Source: a virus. Taken from it: a stretch of 63,860 bases of DNA. Both the position numbers and the translations under genes were made by a program. The stretch covers positions 1 through 63,860 of IMG/VR virus record IMGVR_UViG_3300045391_003291. One strand, written 5' to 3'. This document shows positions 52,096 to 60,726 of the stretch, piece after piece (within the stretch, counting starts at the first letter, position 1; every line of letters begins with the position of its first letter). The notes beneath the pieces were generated by a model that did not search any database, was not told the origin of the DNA, and saw only the letters and a list, made by a program, of their open reading frames with translations.

Positions 52096-52626
52096 TTAAT
52101 AGTTCTCGACAAGCGAGGCCATCTGGTCGATCTGCGCTTCACTGCATTCCGGCCAATAGTTGTCCTTGATGTACTTCCTCAAGGCTGTGTAGACGGTCTG
52201 GAAAACCATCTCGTCCATGTGGTCATAGGCAAGGCTTCTAGGTGCGCGCGCTTGCATTGCTGGCACCTCCAGGTGACCACCACAGTGCGGGCACGGTACG
52301 GTCACTCCGGTGATCATGGTGTCGTCGCACTCGACGCCTGCGAGTGTCTGTAGGCGCTTCAGGGCCTGGTGAGCGTTCAAGTGCTCGTAGCCTTCGATGT
52401 TGTCTACAAGAAGCTGTCCAAGTGCATGCGCACGGTTCCAGCTGCGACCGTCGCGCTCCTTCCCAACCCAGGCCCGCACCTTGTCGCCACGGCGGATGTT
52501 CTTGCCCTTGAGCATGTCGGCACTGAACCGATCGGCTGCCACCATCACCAGGCGTTCAACGCCTTCAACGGTGGCTTTCACCAATCTCAGGTAGAGGTTC
52601 TCGCCGGTCTTACGGGTGGCTGCCAT
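52096..52626 (-). CDS. hypothetical protein (176 aa), possibly DUF1367-like
   Basis: ORF track. CPHCGG motif. The family guess is from memory. Confidence 0.55.
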   Translation of the reverse strand: MAATRKTGENLYLRLVKATVEGVERLVMVAADRFSADMLKGKNIRRGDKVRAWVGKERDGRSWNRAHALGQLLVDNIEGYEHLNAHQALKRLQTLAGVECDDTMITGVTVPCPHCGGHLEVPAMQARAPRSLAYDHMDEMVFQTVYTALRKYIKDNYWPECSEAQIDQMASLVENY

Positions 52627-52900
52627 GCTTGTCCTCCAGTGCGTTCAGTGCTTTGCAGTAATTCAGCATCGCCACATACTCCGCAGAGTCTCCCGACTGT
52701 CCTCTCCAATGTAGGATCATGGAACCAAGCTGGTGGCAGATAGAATCGATTTCATCGTTTGTAGCTGGAGTCGTGCACACGCCACATGGAGGGTGCGCAT
52801 TAGGATCTCGGCACCTGCATCCACCGCGTATGTCGCGCAGAAGACCCAAGGCTGTATCGCCTTGGATTTCATAGTCCGCCTCCTCATTCCAGATCGACAT
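52610..52900 (-). CDS. Cys-motif protein (96 aa), paralogous domain to the next gene
   Basis: GAGGTG RBS. LLRDIRGGCRCRDPNAHPPCGVC. Confidence 0.55.
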   Translation of the reverse strand: MSIWNEEADYEIQGDTALGLLRDIRGGCRCRDPNAHPPCGVCTTPATNDEIDSICHQLGSMILHWRGQSGDSAEYVAMLNYCKALNALEDKHGSHP

Positions 52901-53438
52901 TGTCACCTCTAGACTCCAGGTAACGCTCGATACTGAGGTAGTCATCAGGCATCGGTTCATCCGGTTCTGGTGTCCGGCCGCCGCGCTGAATGATGTGAGC
53001 AAGGAAGTAGTCGCGGATCTTTTCGAGCTCAGATACAGAAACCGGTGTTTCACAGCGTGAGCACTGAATTCCACGCGATGAAAAACCAGCTAGATGGCAC
53101 TGACATCCGCCACGTATCTTGAGCAGGTAATCCCACTGCGTCTTATTGATCTCAAATTTGTCAGCATTGATCACCGGCCCTGTTGCGACCATTGACCGTT
53201 TTTTCCTCTTCTTCACACGCGGATGCCATGTGAATAAACGGACCTCCGCATCTTGCGGTATCTCGGCGATCGGCAGCCGCTGGCACTTGAGAACGAAGGC
53301 CGTTTCCTTGGTCTGCTTGGACGAAACGACGAAGTAGGCCGTACGCGCCTTCGATCTGCGGTGACGCAGGTACTGGCCTGCCTCGATCGCTGGCCTTTCC
53401 CACGGATCCATGCGCAGTGTTACAAGGTCAAAGTTCAC
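52884..53438 (-). CDS. Cys-motif protein (184 aa)
   Basis: ORF track. LLKIRGGCQCHLAGFSSRGIQCSRC. Confidence 0.6.
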   Translation of the reverse strand: MNFDLVTLRMDPWERPAIEAGQYLRHRRSKARTAYFVVSSKQTKETAFVLKCQRLPIAEIPQDAEVRLFTWHPRVKKRKKRSMVATGPVINADKFEINKTQWDYLLKIRGGCQCHLAGFSSRGIQCSRCETPVSVSELEKIRDYFLAHIIQRGGRTPEPDEPMPDDYLSIERYLESRGDNVDLE

Positions 53439-53791
53439 TTCTTCACCTTTCCCTTTTGGATGTCCTCTTCGATCAGTGCCATCAGGTCAGGATGGATCTC
53501 ATCGAAACAGTGAACGTCACCAAGAAAGCGAGCGATGACTCCAGATGTAGTTACGTCGTAAGGGACCATGCGCCCTTTCCACTCGACGACGCTCCACGGG
53601 TCGCGTCCGTGCTTCAGTGTGCTTTCAGGCTCTGCTGCATCGAAAATCACAGTTCCATACTGCTGACCGTCGTACGCAAGCTGAACAGATGCTCCACGTT
53701 CTGCGGCGATGGCTACCTCCTCAGATGTTGGTTCGCCGTCCCACCACAGACCAGGGCGGCCGTTCTTGATGAAGCGGTGAGCGATGATCAT
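53435..53791 (-). CDS. hypothetical protein (118 aa)
   Basis: ATGA overlap. Confidence 0.6.
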   Translation of the reverse strand: MIIAHRFIKNGRPGLWWDGEPTSEEVAIAAERGASVQLAYDGQQYGTVIFDAAEPESTLKHGRDPWSVVEWKGRMVPYDVTTSGVIARFLGDVHCFDEIHPDLMALIEEDIQKGKVKK

Positions 53792-54159
53792 TTCGGAATG
53801 CTCAGGTTATATGTTGAGCACAACGGATTGCATGGGCCGATGTAAAAAAGATCGGTGCCATATGACTGCGGCAGATCAATGGTGTGCTGTGGCGCCTGCA
53901 CCTCCTTCACCACTGGCATCATTAGAATCTGAATCCACACAATCCCCGTGTGATCGTTAGAGCACACTTGCTGAGGCGTGGCCTTGGGCTTGGAAAATAC
54001 ATTGACCATCGTCCTGCCGTCGTCGCACTGAATGATTCCCGCAACGAAGCTTGCGCCTGCGCGCTGAGCCTGATGTCTTATCTCGCTAGCATCAGCTTCT
54101 ATGGTTGTTGCACTGCCGGCATTGATGACAATGGCTGCGCTTAAAATGATCGGAATCAT
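53788..54159 (-). CDS. secreted-type protein (123 aa)
   Basis: MIPIILSAAIVINAGSATT N-terminus. Confidence 0.55.
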   Translation of the reverse strand: MIPIILSAAIVINAGSATTIEADASEIRHQAQRAGASFVAGIIQCDDGRTMVNVFSKPKATPQQVCSNDHTGIVWIQILMMPVVKEVQAPQHTIDLPQSYGTDLFYIGPCNPLCSTYNLSIPK

Positions 54160-54190
54160 TATTTAGACCTTATTTTGAGTTCGCTGTTAA

Positions 54191-54277
54191 TCAGCGCTTC
54201 CAGCGGCCTATGGCATAGCTGATAGCGCTCACCGCAAGGATGAGCGCCACCAGCGTGCCGATGGAGAGGATGATCAC
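54191..54277 (-). CDS. single-TM mini-protein (28 aa)
   Basis: GTGA overlap with the lipoprotein stop. Hand translation VIILSIGTLVALILAVSAISYAIGRWKR. Confidence 0.35.
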   Translation of the reverse strand: MIILSIGTLVALILAVSAISYAIGRWKR

Positions 54278-54696
54278 TTCGCGATCTTTGGCAGAGGCTC
54301 TGGCAGCTTGCCGGACTGGCAGCTGTTCTCCTCGCTGGCGTATGCCTTGGTCTTGAAGTCGTCAGCCAGGAGGCAGCCGACGTTCGATGACACGGTCGAG
54401 CACTTGAGCTGTACGCCGCGACCGCCGGCCGGTGGGTACATATCGATCGTCGCCCATCCGTCGCCGACGAGGCATTCGGAGGTCTGCGAACTATCGCCGC
54501 GGGTGACAATGTCCCAGTCGCCTAACAGTGGATTGGTAGCGCGATAGTGCTTGGCATTCCATTCGGCGTTCGCCCGTGCGGTGCCGCGGTACTCTTCCAG
54601 CTGTTCGAATTGGTTTGACGACATCTTCTTCTCGCCACAGGCGACGATAAAGAACGCGAGGAAAGCCCCCAGTGCTACTGCAAACATCTTCTTCAT
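54274..54696 (-). CDS. lipoprotein (140 aa)
   Basis: MKKMFAVALGAFLAFFIVAC with a lipobox-like IVAC. Confidence 0.65.
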   Translation of the reverse strand: MKKMFAVALGAFLAFFIVACGEKKMSSNQFEQLEEYRGTARANAEWNAKHYRATNPLLGDWDIVTRGDSSQTSECLVGDGWATIDMYPPAGGRGVQLKCSTVSSNVGCLLADDFKTKAYASEENSCQSGKLPEPLPKIAK

Positions 54697-54734
54697 GGTA
54701 ATACTCCGTGGTTGGTAGGTACTGCGGTGAAACG

Positions 54735-55010
54735 TTATTCAATGGTGAGGATTGAGTTGCCGTTGTCGATCGGACGTTTGTCCTGCTTTGCGATATTCAT
54801 CCTGGTGAACTGCTCGTAGACGTATTGCGTCATCGGATGGCCAGGCTGATCTGCTTGAACTCCTCTGCCGAGTGAAAGCCACGTCACTCGGCGCTTGGTG
54901 TGGATGTTGGTGAGAACGTACTTGTGACCCGCGTGAGGTTCCGGTTTTGCTCGTCCAAGTGAGCGTGAGAGATAGTCGCCCAGTGACTCGTTTGGATCAG
55001 GCCGGGACAT
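54735..55010 (-). CDS. hypothetical protein (91 aa)
   Basis: ORF track. Confidence 0.55.
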   Translation of the reverse strand: MSRPDPNESLGDYLSRSLGRAKPEPHAGHKYVLTNIHTKRRVTWLSLGRGVQADQPGHPMTQYVYEQFTRMNIAKQDKRPIDNGNSILTIE

Positions 55011-55275
55011 CGGGGCGACCGTCTGGCCAGTTCTCGAATAGGAACTCGCTGCCGCTGTAGGTGAACCCGCAGTTGTAGCTGTCGGCGATATTCACGAAAG
55101 TGGCAGCGATAGAGCAGCAGTCGTACGGATCGATCAGCTGGTATTCACTCCAGCCAATGCCTTCGCCCTCGTACATCTGCAGACCGATCGACCCGATATG
55201 CCGCAGAGCGTCGTTGACATCTCTGCGCAGATCGGACAATCCAGTCCCCACGAAACGGATCTTGATCTTCCTCAT
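54997..55275 (-). CDS. hypothetical protein (92 aa)
   Basis: ORF track. Confidence 0.55.
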   Translation of the reverse strand: MRKIKIRFVGTGLSDLRRDVNDALRHIGSIGLQMYEGEGIGWSEYQLIDPYDCCSIAATFVNIADSYNCGFTYSGSEFLFENWPDGRPDVPA

Positions 55276-55439
55276 GACCGCTTACCCTCGCACCCAGGAT
55301 TCGGTTTCGGCAATGGCTTGCTGGGTGCTTTCGCCCAATGCCTGATGTTGTGCAGGTCCCCGATGTCGTCCGCTTGAACGAATACGTCCTGGCGCTTCGG
55401 GAACAGCGCACGGATGGCTTTCTTGATCCGGCCGATCAC
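55272..55439 (-). CDS. hypothetical protein (55 aa)
   Basis: Hand translation VIGRIKKAIRALFPKRQDVFVQADDIGDLHNIRHWAKAPSKPLPKPNPGCEGKRS. GTGA and ATGA overlaps at both ends. Confidence 0.45.
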   Translation of the reverse strand: MIGRIKKAIRALFPKRQDVFVQADDIGDLHNIRHWAKAPSKPLPKPNPGCEGKRS

Positions 55440-55594
55440 GTCTGACACATCCAGATGACGGCAGCCCAGATCGCAATGGCAAGGATCGCGGAGACGACCC
55501 AGACCGTTGTCTCGTGAAGCTTCGGCGTCGGAATGCTGTAGCGCCGCTTACGGGCCGGAGAGCTTCGCCTAGGGTTGAGGTGGACGAGGATCAT
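55436..55594 (-). CDS. small TM protein (52 aa)
   Basis: ATGA overlap. C-terminal WVVSAILAIAIWAAVIWM. Confidence 0.5.
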   Translation of the reverse strand: MILVHLNPRRSSPARKRRYSIPTPKLHETTVWVVSAILAIAIWAAVIWMCQT

Positions 55595-55902
55595 TGGATA
55601 TCCCCATCGTTCGAACCCGAGGACATCATGGCGTCCAGGTTTCGATTCAGACGGGCGCCGGCCTCCGGGTTGATGATTGATACGCATTCGGCCGCGGCTC
55701 TCGCTGATTTGAAGGAAGTCTCCTTCCATCTGTCACCACGCGATTGCTCGTAATCCAGATTGATCTTGAGGTTTTCGATCCGCTCTTTGTTGGCGTGATC
55801 ATGAATTGAGATCGTGTCGTTCAGCTTCAAGATGTCGAGTTGCTGAACGGCAATGGTGATGACTGCAGAGACACCTACTACAACCACATGCCAATTCTTC
55901 AT
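55591..55902 (-). CDS. N-terminally anchored protein (103 aa)
   Basis: GGGGA RBS. MKNWHVVVVGVSAVITIAV. Confidence 0.55.
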   Translation of the reverse strand: MKNWHVVVVGVSAVITIAVQQLDILKLNDTISIHDHANKERIENLKINLDYEQSRGDRWKETSFKSARAAAECVSIINPEAGARLNRNLDAMMSSGSNDGDIQ

Positions 55903-55903
55903 T

Positions 55904-56104
55904 TCAATCCCCTGTGAACCCATCGTTGCGGCCGCCACGCGCGGCCCGGTGTGCTTGATGCTGTGACTCCAACCGATCGGCTTCAGCGGCCCATGCCAGC
56001 TGCTGAGCCTCTGTGGCGCGACTCAGGTCACTCAGGGCCTGGTAGTACTCCACCGTACCCGGTGTCGCCTCCTGCAAGCGCTGGAGTGCTTCATGCTCTT
56101 TCAT
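55904..56104 (-). CDS. hypothetical protein (66 aa)
   Basis: ORF track. Confidence 0.55.
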   Translation of the reverse strand: MKEHEALQRLQEATPGTVEYYQALSDLSRATEAQQLAWAAEADRLESQHQAHRAARGGRNDGFTGD

Positions 56105-56457
56105 TGCTTGATACCCAAAAAGACTGAGTACACAGCTTCCGTGTGAAGCTTGTCAGTTGCACGAAGGATCGTAATCCGGCTAGGTCTTATAAGAACTCCG
56201 CCGACACGCAGACAGAATGTCGATTTCCAGTTCTTACTGGAGTGCGTTCTTAGCTTCACCTTGCCGAGGTTTGCTGATGCATAACTCTCGAACGATGACG
56301 GGCTTTCATCCTTGATGTCGGTAAACGGAGTGTCTTTCATCATCTGGATGAGAGCCCTGTTCCACTCCTTCGAATATGGGACATCCTGCCGCCACACACT
56401 GGGCGTCAACAGCACTCTGATGACACCAGATATCCACATCAGAATTTCACGCAGCAT
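56101..56457 (-). CDS. hypothetical protein (118 aa)
   Basis: ATGA overlap. Confidence 0.55.
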   Translation of the reverse strand: MLREILMWISGVIRVLLTPSVWRQDVPYSKEWNRALIQMMKDTPFTDIKDESPSSFESYASANLGKVKLRTHSSKNWKSTFCLRVGGVLIRPSRITILRATDKLHTEAVYSVFLGIKQ

Positions 56458-57076
56458 TGAGAACCTGCTCCATCATCTTCTGCAGCTCGTCCTCGAACTT
56501 GCCGAGGTGATCCTGCAGGTCTTGGTGATACACACGGTCAGGCTCGATCTCACGCATGAACAGAGGAAGACCGCGTGAGTAAGAAGCGAAGTAGAGAACC
56601 TCGGCGCCGGTGACTAACAGCTCGCCCTGGATCTGTGCGGTATGACTTGATGGAACACGGCCGTCGAGTAGCAGCTCGACCTGCAAGTCTTTCTTGCGAG
56701 TCTTTAGCTCTACAATCCGGTTTCCAGGAACCGCCACAACGCGATCAGGGCTTGCCCCTACGCCTCCCCTGACCCAGAAACCGGTGGTCAGAAGGGCCAG
56801 CCCTAGGCGCTCCTGCAGGGCATCCGCCGCCTCCGGTTCCATGGCCTTGCCGCGCTCCATGGCGTAGCTGCTGAAATCCTCATCATCGAATTCGCCGCTG
56901 ATCCGCTCACCGACCAGCTTGCGCATGTATTTCATGCGGGTTTTCGATTCAGCGCTGCCCCCTTTGGCCATGACCACGTGGAACTCGGAGGCACTGGGGA
57001 CTCCGTGGCGGGCATACTTCCATTCAGGCGTCCCCTGCTCGACGTTGATCACCTGGACTGGCGCGCCGATGATCAC
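56447..57076 (-). CDS. YqaJ-type (lambda Exo-like) recombination exonuclease
   Basis: GTPEWKYARHGVPSASEFHVVM N-terminal motif. GTGA-coupled to the Erf-like gene. Confidence 0.75.
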   Translation of the reverse strand: MIIGAPVQVINVEQGTPEWKYARHGVPSASEFHVVMAKGGSAESKTRMKYMRKLVGERISGEFDDEDFSSYAMERGKAMEPEAADALQERLGLALLTTGFWVRGGVGASPDRVVAVPGNRIVELKTRKKDLQVELLLDGRVPSSHTAQIQGELLVTGAEVLYFASYSRGLPLFMREIEPDRVYHQDLQDHLGKFEDELQKMMEQVLNAA

Positions 57077-57720
57077 GACTTCTCGCCCTTCGTCTGGTTC
57101 GATTTGTCGATCGCAGCAGTAGCCTTGTTGAACTCTTCCTTTGGAAGGTCCTCGATCGCTTCGATGCCGTAAGCGGCGCAGAACTTGTCCATGCGATCTT
57201 TGTCGTGGCCAAGCTTGCGGATGATGATGTCGGACTGCGTCTTGGTGATCGGACGCTTGCCCTCGACTCGACTCTCTTCGTCCTCACCGGTTTCCAGGAA
57301 GAACATCTTGAGCATCGCCGACTTGGTGGCATAGGTAACCGCCTTGCCAGGAGCCTTGTCGCCGGTGTCGAGTGCGTGTGCTTCGATCGTGACGTCGATG
57401 TAGTCGTTCTTGTCGTCGACGCTCTGGAAGCGGATGGTATAACCGCCCTCGTACATCCGTGGCGACAGCTTCTCGTTGCCGTTGCTGTCGAGAACTTTTA
57501 TCGGCTCGTTGAGCTTCCCTGAAATCTGATTCGGGTAGATCAATATGCCGATCTCGACAACGAGGTCATGCAGCAACGCGACGACGTTGTCGTGACTGAC
57601 AACCTTGTAGCGGTTGTCGACCGTCTTGTCCTTCTTCACGTACTGTACTTGGCGGCGCACCTCGTTGACGCGCTGGCTCAGAGTAAGCTGGACAATTGGT
57701 GTTACGACTTCGTCGGTCAT
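57073..57720 (-). CDS. Erf-family-like single-strand annealing protein (215 aa)
   Basis: VQYVKKDKTVDNRYKVVSHDNVVALLHDLVVEIGI fits the remembered ERF N-terminal pattern, and it is paired with the exonuclease. Confidence 0.65.
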   Translation of the reverse strand: MTDEVVTPIVQLTLSQRVNEVRRQVQYVKKDKTVDNRYKVVSHDNVVALLHDLVVEIGILIYPNQISGKLNEPIKVLDSNGNEKLSPRMYEGGYTIRFQSVDDKNDYIDVTIEAHALDTGDKAPGKAVTYATKSAMLKMFFLETGEDEESRVEGKRPITKTQSDIIIRKLGHDKDRMDKFCAAYGIEAIEDLPKEEFNKATAAIDKSNQTKGEKS

Positions 57721-57721
57721 C

Positions 57722-58030
57722 TCAATAATTCCTTGGTGGCATTTGTTCAGCAATCATTTCCGAGACAATGTTGCGGAAGATGTCTTCGAACGTCGGTTGT
57801 GGAGGCGGCTTGTCTTCCACCTTCAGTTTCTTGTGCAAGTCCTGCATGAAGGCGACACCAGTGAGAGCGCAGCACTGGCGGCACCACGATGTTCTGTGCG
57901 AGGCAGGATTGCCGTAGCTTGAATGCGGGTTCTTGGCATTCGTGATGTTGATATGTATCCACCAAAGCTCGGAGCCATCGTCACAGTCAGCGCCGCACTT
58001 GTCGCAGGTGTATACGGTCTTCACACTCAC
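57722..58030 (-). CDS. zinc-finger protein (102 aa)
   Basis: CDKCGADC ... CRQCC. Confidence 0.55.
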   Translation of the reverse strand: MSVKTVYTCDKCGADCDDGSELWWIHINITNAKNPHSSYGNPASHRTSWCRQCCALTGVAFMQDLHKKLKVEDKPPPQPTFEDIFRNIVSEMIAEQMPPRNY

Positions 58031-58299
58031 CGCTCGTACTCCCCTGGCTTCAGCTTCAGCAAGGCGGCCGACAATTCAGTAGCTCCGAAGTAGTCAGACG
58101 GATCTTTTTCGGAGACATCTGATTCAGCGATGAACCCGTTGTCATTCGCCCACCTCTCCAAATCCGATTTGTCGAATACATCGCTAGGCTTCAGGTTGGC
58201 GCTGATCCAGTCGACGCAGTCTTTCAGGTTCGGTGATGTCGGTTCCGGAGTGCATGCCTTGGCAAAGGACTTCTCCTGTTGGTGGCTGAAGTCTGTCAC
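58027..58299 (-). CDS. hypothetical acidic protein (90 aa)
   Basis: GTGA overlap and GGAGG RBS. The longer track ORF would overlap the upstream gene by 85 nt. Confidence 0.5.
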   Translation of the reverse strand: MTDFSHQQEKSFAKACTPEPTSPNLKDCVDWISANLKPSDVFDKSDLERWANDNGFIAESDVSEKDPSDYFGATELSAALLKLKPGEYER

Positions 58300-58616
58300 C
58301 GGATCCTCCCCAGCTTGGGGATCACCACGACTCCGGAAACGAACAGGTGCAGCATCCAGCGCTCCCAGGCATGTCGCCAAGCGGCTTTCTTCACCTCGCG
58401 CGGCGCGGGTCCGTGGTCAAGCCAGAAATGGCAGTTGCTACAGCCAGGCACGGTGAACAGGTCGTGCGCCTTTATGCGCATGCCCTTGCCGTGCGCAGAC
58501 TCATTGCTGTGGCAAGGAACCACGGTGGTGGAATCGTGGTTGCACACACCATCGACCTCGAGATAGCACTGCTGCCCCTCGCAGAGGTCTCTAAACTCTT
58601 TGCTCTCCCAATTCAT
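58296..58616 (-). CDS. Cys/His-rich protein, possibly YbcO/DUF1364-like nuclease (106 aa)
   Basis: CEGQQCYLEVDGVCNHD...VPCHSNE...GCSNCH. The family guess is from memory. Confidence 0.5.
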   Translation of the reverse strand: MNWESKEFRDLCEGQQCYLEVDGVCNHDSTTVVPCHSNESAHGKGMRIKAHDLFTVPGCSNCHFWLDHGPAPREVKKAAWRHAWERWMLHLFVSGVVVIPKLGRIR

Positions 58617-59350
58617 CTCGGCACCGCCGGGTGAGAGAGAGCATGTTCAACCTGACTCAGCAATATCTTGTGTTGGTTGTGAATGGTCTTTGGAAGCTCC
58701 CAGTCAGGCTTCATTGGCTCGACGCTTAGGCTCTTGTAGTAATTATGCTGGGCCAAACGAAGATGAGGTTGGTATCTGGCAAAGATCGGAAGGAACGCGC
58801 CGATACGAAGATAGAGTCCGCCAACGCCTCCGTGAGAATACCAATGGGGACGCCGTTTGCACGGCTTATTGTAATCCTCAGCAACATTCACGTAAGAAAG
58901 CTCAATGAATCCATCCGGCGAGCATCCGTGCCATGGACCGCGTAGCGTGACGATTTGTCCGTCGTACTCTCCACCATCAATCAACAATGGATAGTGAGCA
59001 CCACCAAAGCCATCTTGCTGCGTCGTTGCCAAACCAGAATAAATTTCAACCCTACCGTTGTCGTCGTAACGACGAAGGCCATTCACCATCGATATACGCC
59101 CGCTGTGGTAGTAAACATCAGCCCTTCCGTCATGGTGCTCAGCAATGTACATATCACCCTGCTTTCGGAACTTTTGCCCATCCCATGAGCGCAATCTTTG
59201 ATTGGTCTTCAACTTCATGTCAGGAGCGTTTGCCCACCTATCCATCCACTCAATATGTAGGCCAAGCGCCCAATCAGGGAGTTTGTGCCGGCCGACCGGA
59301 AGATCGACCAAACTCCACATGAGGTCCTTGTCAGTTGAAAGAGTGATCAC
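58613..59350 (-). CDS. hypothetical protein (245 aa)
   Basis: GTG start; GTGA overlap with the HNH stop. Confidence 0.6.
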   Translation of the reverse strand: MITLSTDKDLMWSLVDLPVGRHKLPDWALGLHIEWMDRWANAPDMKLKTNQRLRSWDGQKFRKQGDMYIAEHHDGRADVYYHSGRISMVNGLRRYDDNGRVEIYSGLATTQQDGFGGAHYPLLIDGGEYDGQIVTLRGPWHGCSPDGFIELSYVNVAEDYNKPCKRRPHWYSHGGVGGLYLRIGAFLPIFARYQPHLRLAQHNYYKSLSVEPMKPDWELPKTIHNQHKILLSQVEHALSHPAVPR

Positions 59351-59952
59351 TTGTTACCCAGGTTTTGAATGCCAAGGTGATCGTGTTGCTCGGTTGAATC
59401 CTCCCCGAACATCTCGACATCGACATCTCGAGTCAGGCGCGTCGCCTCCGCTTGCTCTGTCTCGGTACGGGCAGCGATCAATCGATCGCGCAGCCTGACC
59501 TTGGCAACGACGTTGAGGTGACCGCCGCGCTTGTTGCACTTCGGATGTGCCAGCGCCAGATTGCTGAGGTGACTGGTGCCGCCGTGCGCATGGGGAAACA
59601 GATGCTCGATCGTCATCTGTTCGTCCTGCATGGTCTTATCGCAGTAGAAGCAGCGGTTGCCGTCGCGCTCCAACAGTGTCAGAACGACGTTTCCAAGACT
59701 CCTACGTCGGCGCTTGTGGCCTGCTGTCCATGAGGAGTTGGTACGAAACGCCAGGACCGCGTTGTGAGCGCCTCCGACCGAATGCCAGGCTCTCCCCTTG
59801 TTGTTGCTGTAGATGACCTGTGTGGCGCCATTGGCCTTAAAACGAATGACCTCGTACGGGTTAGTCGGATTGAGGATTTCAGCGCCTCGCTCGGTGAGCC
59901 AATTCCTGAATCGGTTCACTTCGCGTGAGTCCATCGGAGTGATGTGTGTCAT
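59347..59952 (-). CDS. HNH endonuclease (201 aa)
   Basis: CFYCDKTMQDEQMTIEHLFPHAHGGTSHLSNLALAHPKCN. ATGA overlap fixes the start at MTHITPM. Confidence 0.8.
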   Translation of the reverse strand: MTHITPMDSREVNRFRNWLTERGAEILNPTNPYEVIRFKANGATQVIYSNNKGRAWHSVGGAHNAVLAFRTNSSWTAGHKRRRRSLGNVVLTLLERDGNRCFYCDKTMQDEQMTIEHLFPHAHGGTSHLSNLALAHPKCNKRGGHLNVVAKVRLRDRLIAARTETEQAEATRLTRDVDVEMFGEDSTEQHDHLGIQNLGNK

Positions 59953-60335
59953 GGCTTCGGGGTTGTATCGATTTTCTCTTTCCAGAAGGCATCGCGAGAG
60001 ATGTACACGACAAGCTTGTGCGATCCGGCAAACGTCTTTTCCGCATGGAAGTCGGTTCCATGCAAGCTTGGCTTGAAACCAGGCAAGAGTTTTTGTGCGA
60101 GTAGAAACTCGCGATGGCTCTTGACGTTCAACACAAGGGAGTATTGGTGGTAATACGTTGGAATCTCGAATCCCGCTTCGTACATGACCTCCATTGCGTC
60201 GGCCATCTGTCGCAGCCCCATGGCAAGCAAGCATGGATCAGCTGGTGGAATCGGTTTGGAAGGATCAAAGCCTGGATACACCAAAGGCAATTCTTCCATC
60301 ATCAGACCGTTGTATAGAGCGGCCTCATCAGTCAT
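59949..60335 (-). CDS. hypothetical protein (128 aa), first gene of the early leftward operon
   Basis: Internal ATG (MTDEAALYNG...) with GAGG 9 nt upstream. Confidence 0.55.
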   Translation of the reverse strand: MTDEAALYNGLMMEELPLVYPGFDPSKPIPPADPCLLAMGLRQMADAMEVMYEAGFEIPTYYHQYSLVLNVKSHREFLLAQKLLPGFKPSLHGTDFHAEKTFAGSHKLVVYISRDAFWKEKIDTTPKP

Positions 60336-60495
60336 TGCGGTGAAACCTCGCTTAGAGCGGTGGGTGCAACCAGTGACGATGCAGCGTATAGCGTGTACGT
60401 CATCGATCGCAAACACTTTCCGACGAACGGTAGTTTGCGTTTCCGGACCTTTGCTTATGATGTTTGTGGACTGCACTCCACAACAGAGAGACAAC
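60336..60495. promoter_or_regulatory. Divergent early control region: rightward TTGCGT/TTTGCG ... TATGAT, leftward TTTGCG-N17-TATACG, and palindrome TGTGGA-N6-TCCACA (60465-60482)
   Basis: Hexamers and palindrome read by hand between the divergent starts at 60335 and 60496. Confidence 0.45.
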
Positions 60496-60726
60496 ATGCA
60501 AGAGAACACCCCGGACGGTTACGCACTCATCAAGATCCTGGACACGGATGCGAAGACCGTTCGCGATTTCGCCGAGATCGCCGTGCTGCGCGGATATCCA
60601 AAGGATTGGGCTGTCGATGCGTTCAACGCCAGAACGATTTCGAACACTCGCGAATTCCAGCAGCAGGTCGACCAGCGCAACCAGGCCTGGCACAAGCGCT
60701 GGGAAGAGATGAATGCGTTGCAATAA
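60496..60726 (+). CDS. small early protein (76 aa), candidate regulator by position
   Basis: Internal ATG of ORF 60184..60726. First rightward gene. Confidence 0.55.
   Translation: MQENTPDGYALIKILDTDAKTVRDFAEIAVLRGYPKDWAVDAFNARTISNTREFQQQVDQRNQAWHKRWEEMNALQ

Noticed and set aside
59953-60234. Long N-terminal extensions of track ORFs (HNH 59347..60234; also 50228..50815, 3089..4051 and 4124..5188)
   Set aside because: Internal starts that overlap the upstream stop (ATGA or GTGA) or follow a clear RBS give non-overlapping, coupled genes. The extensions would overlap neighbouring genes.
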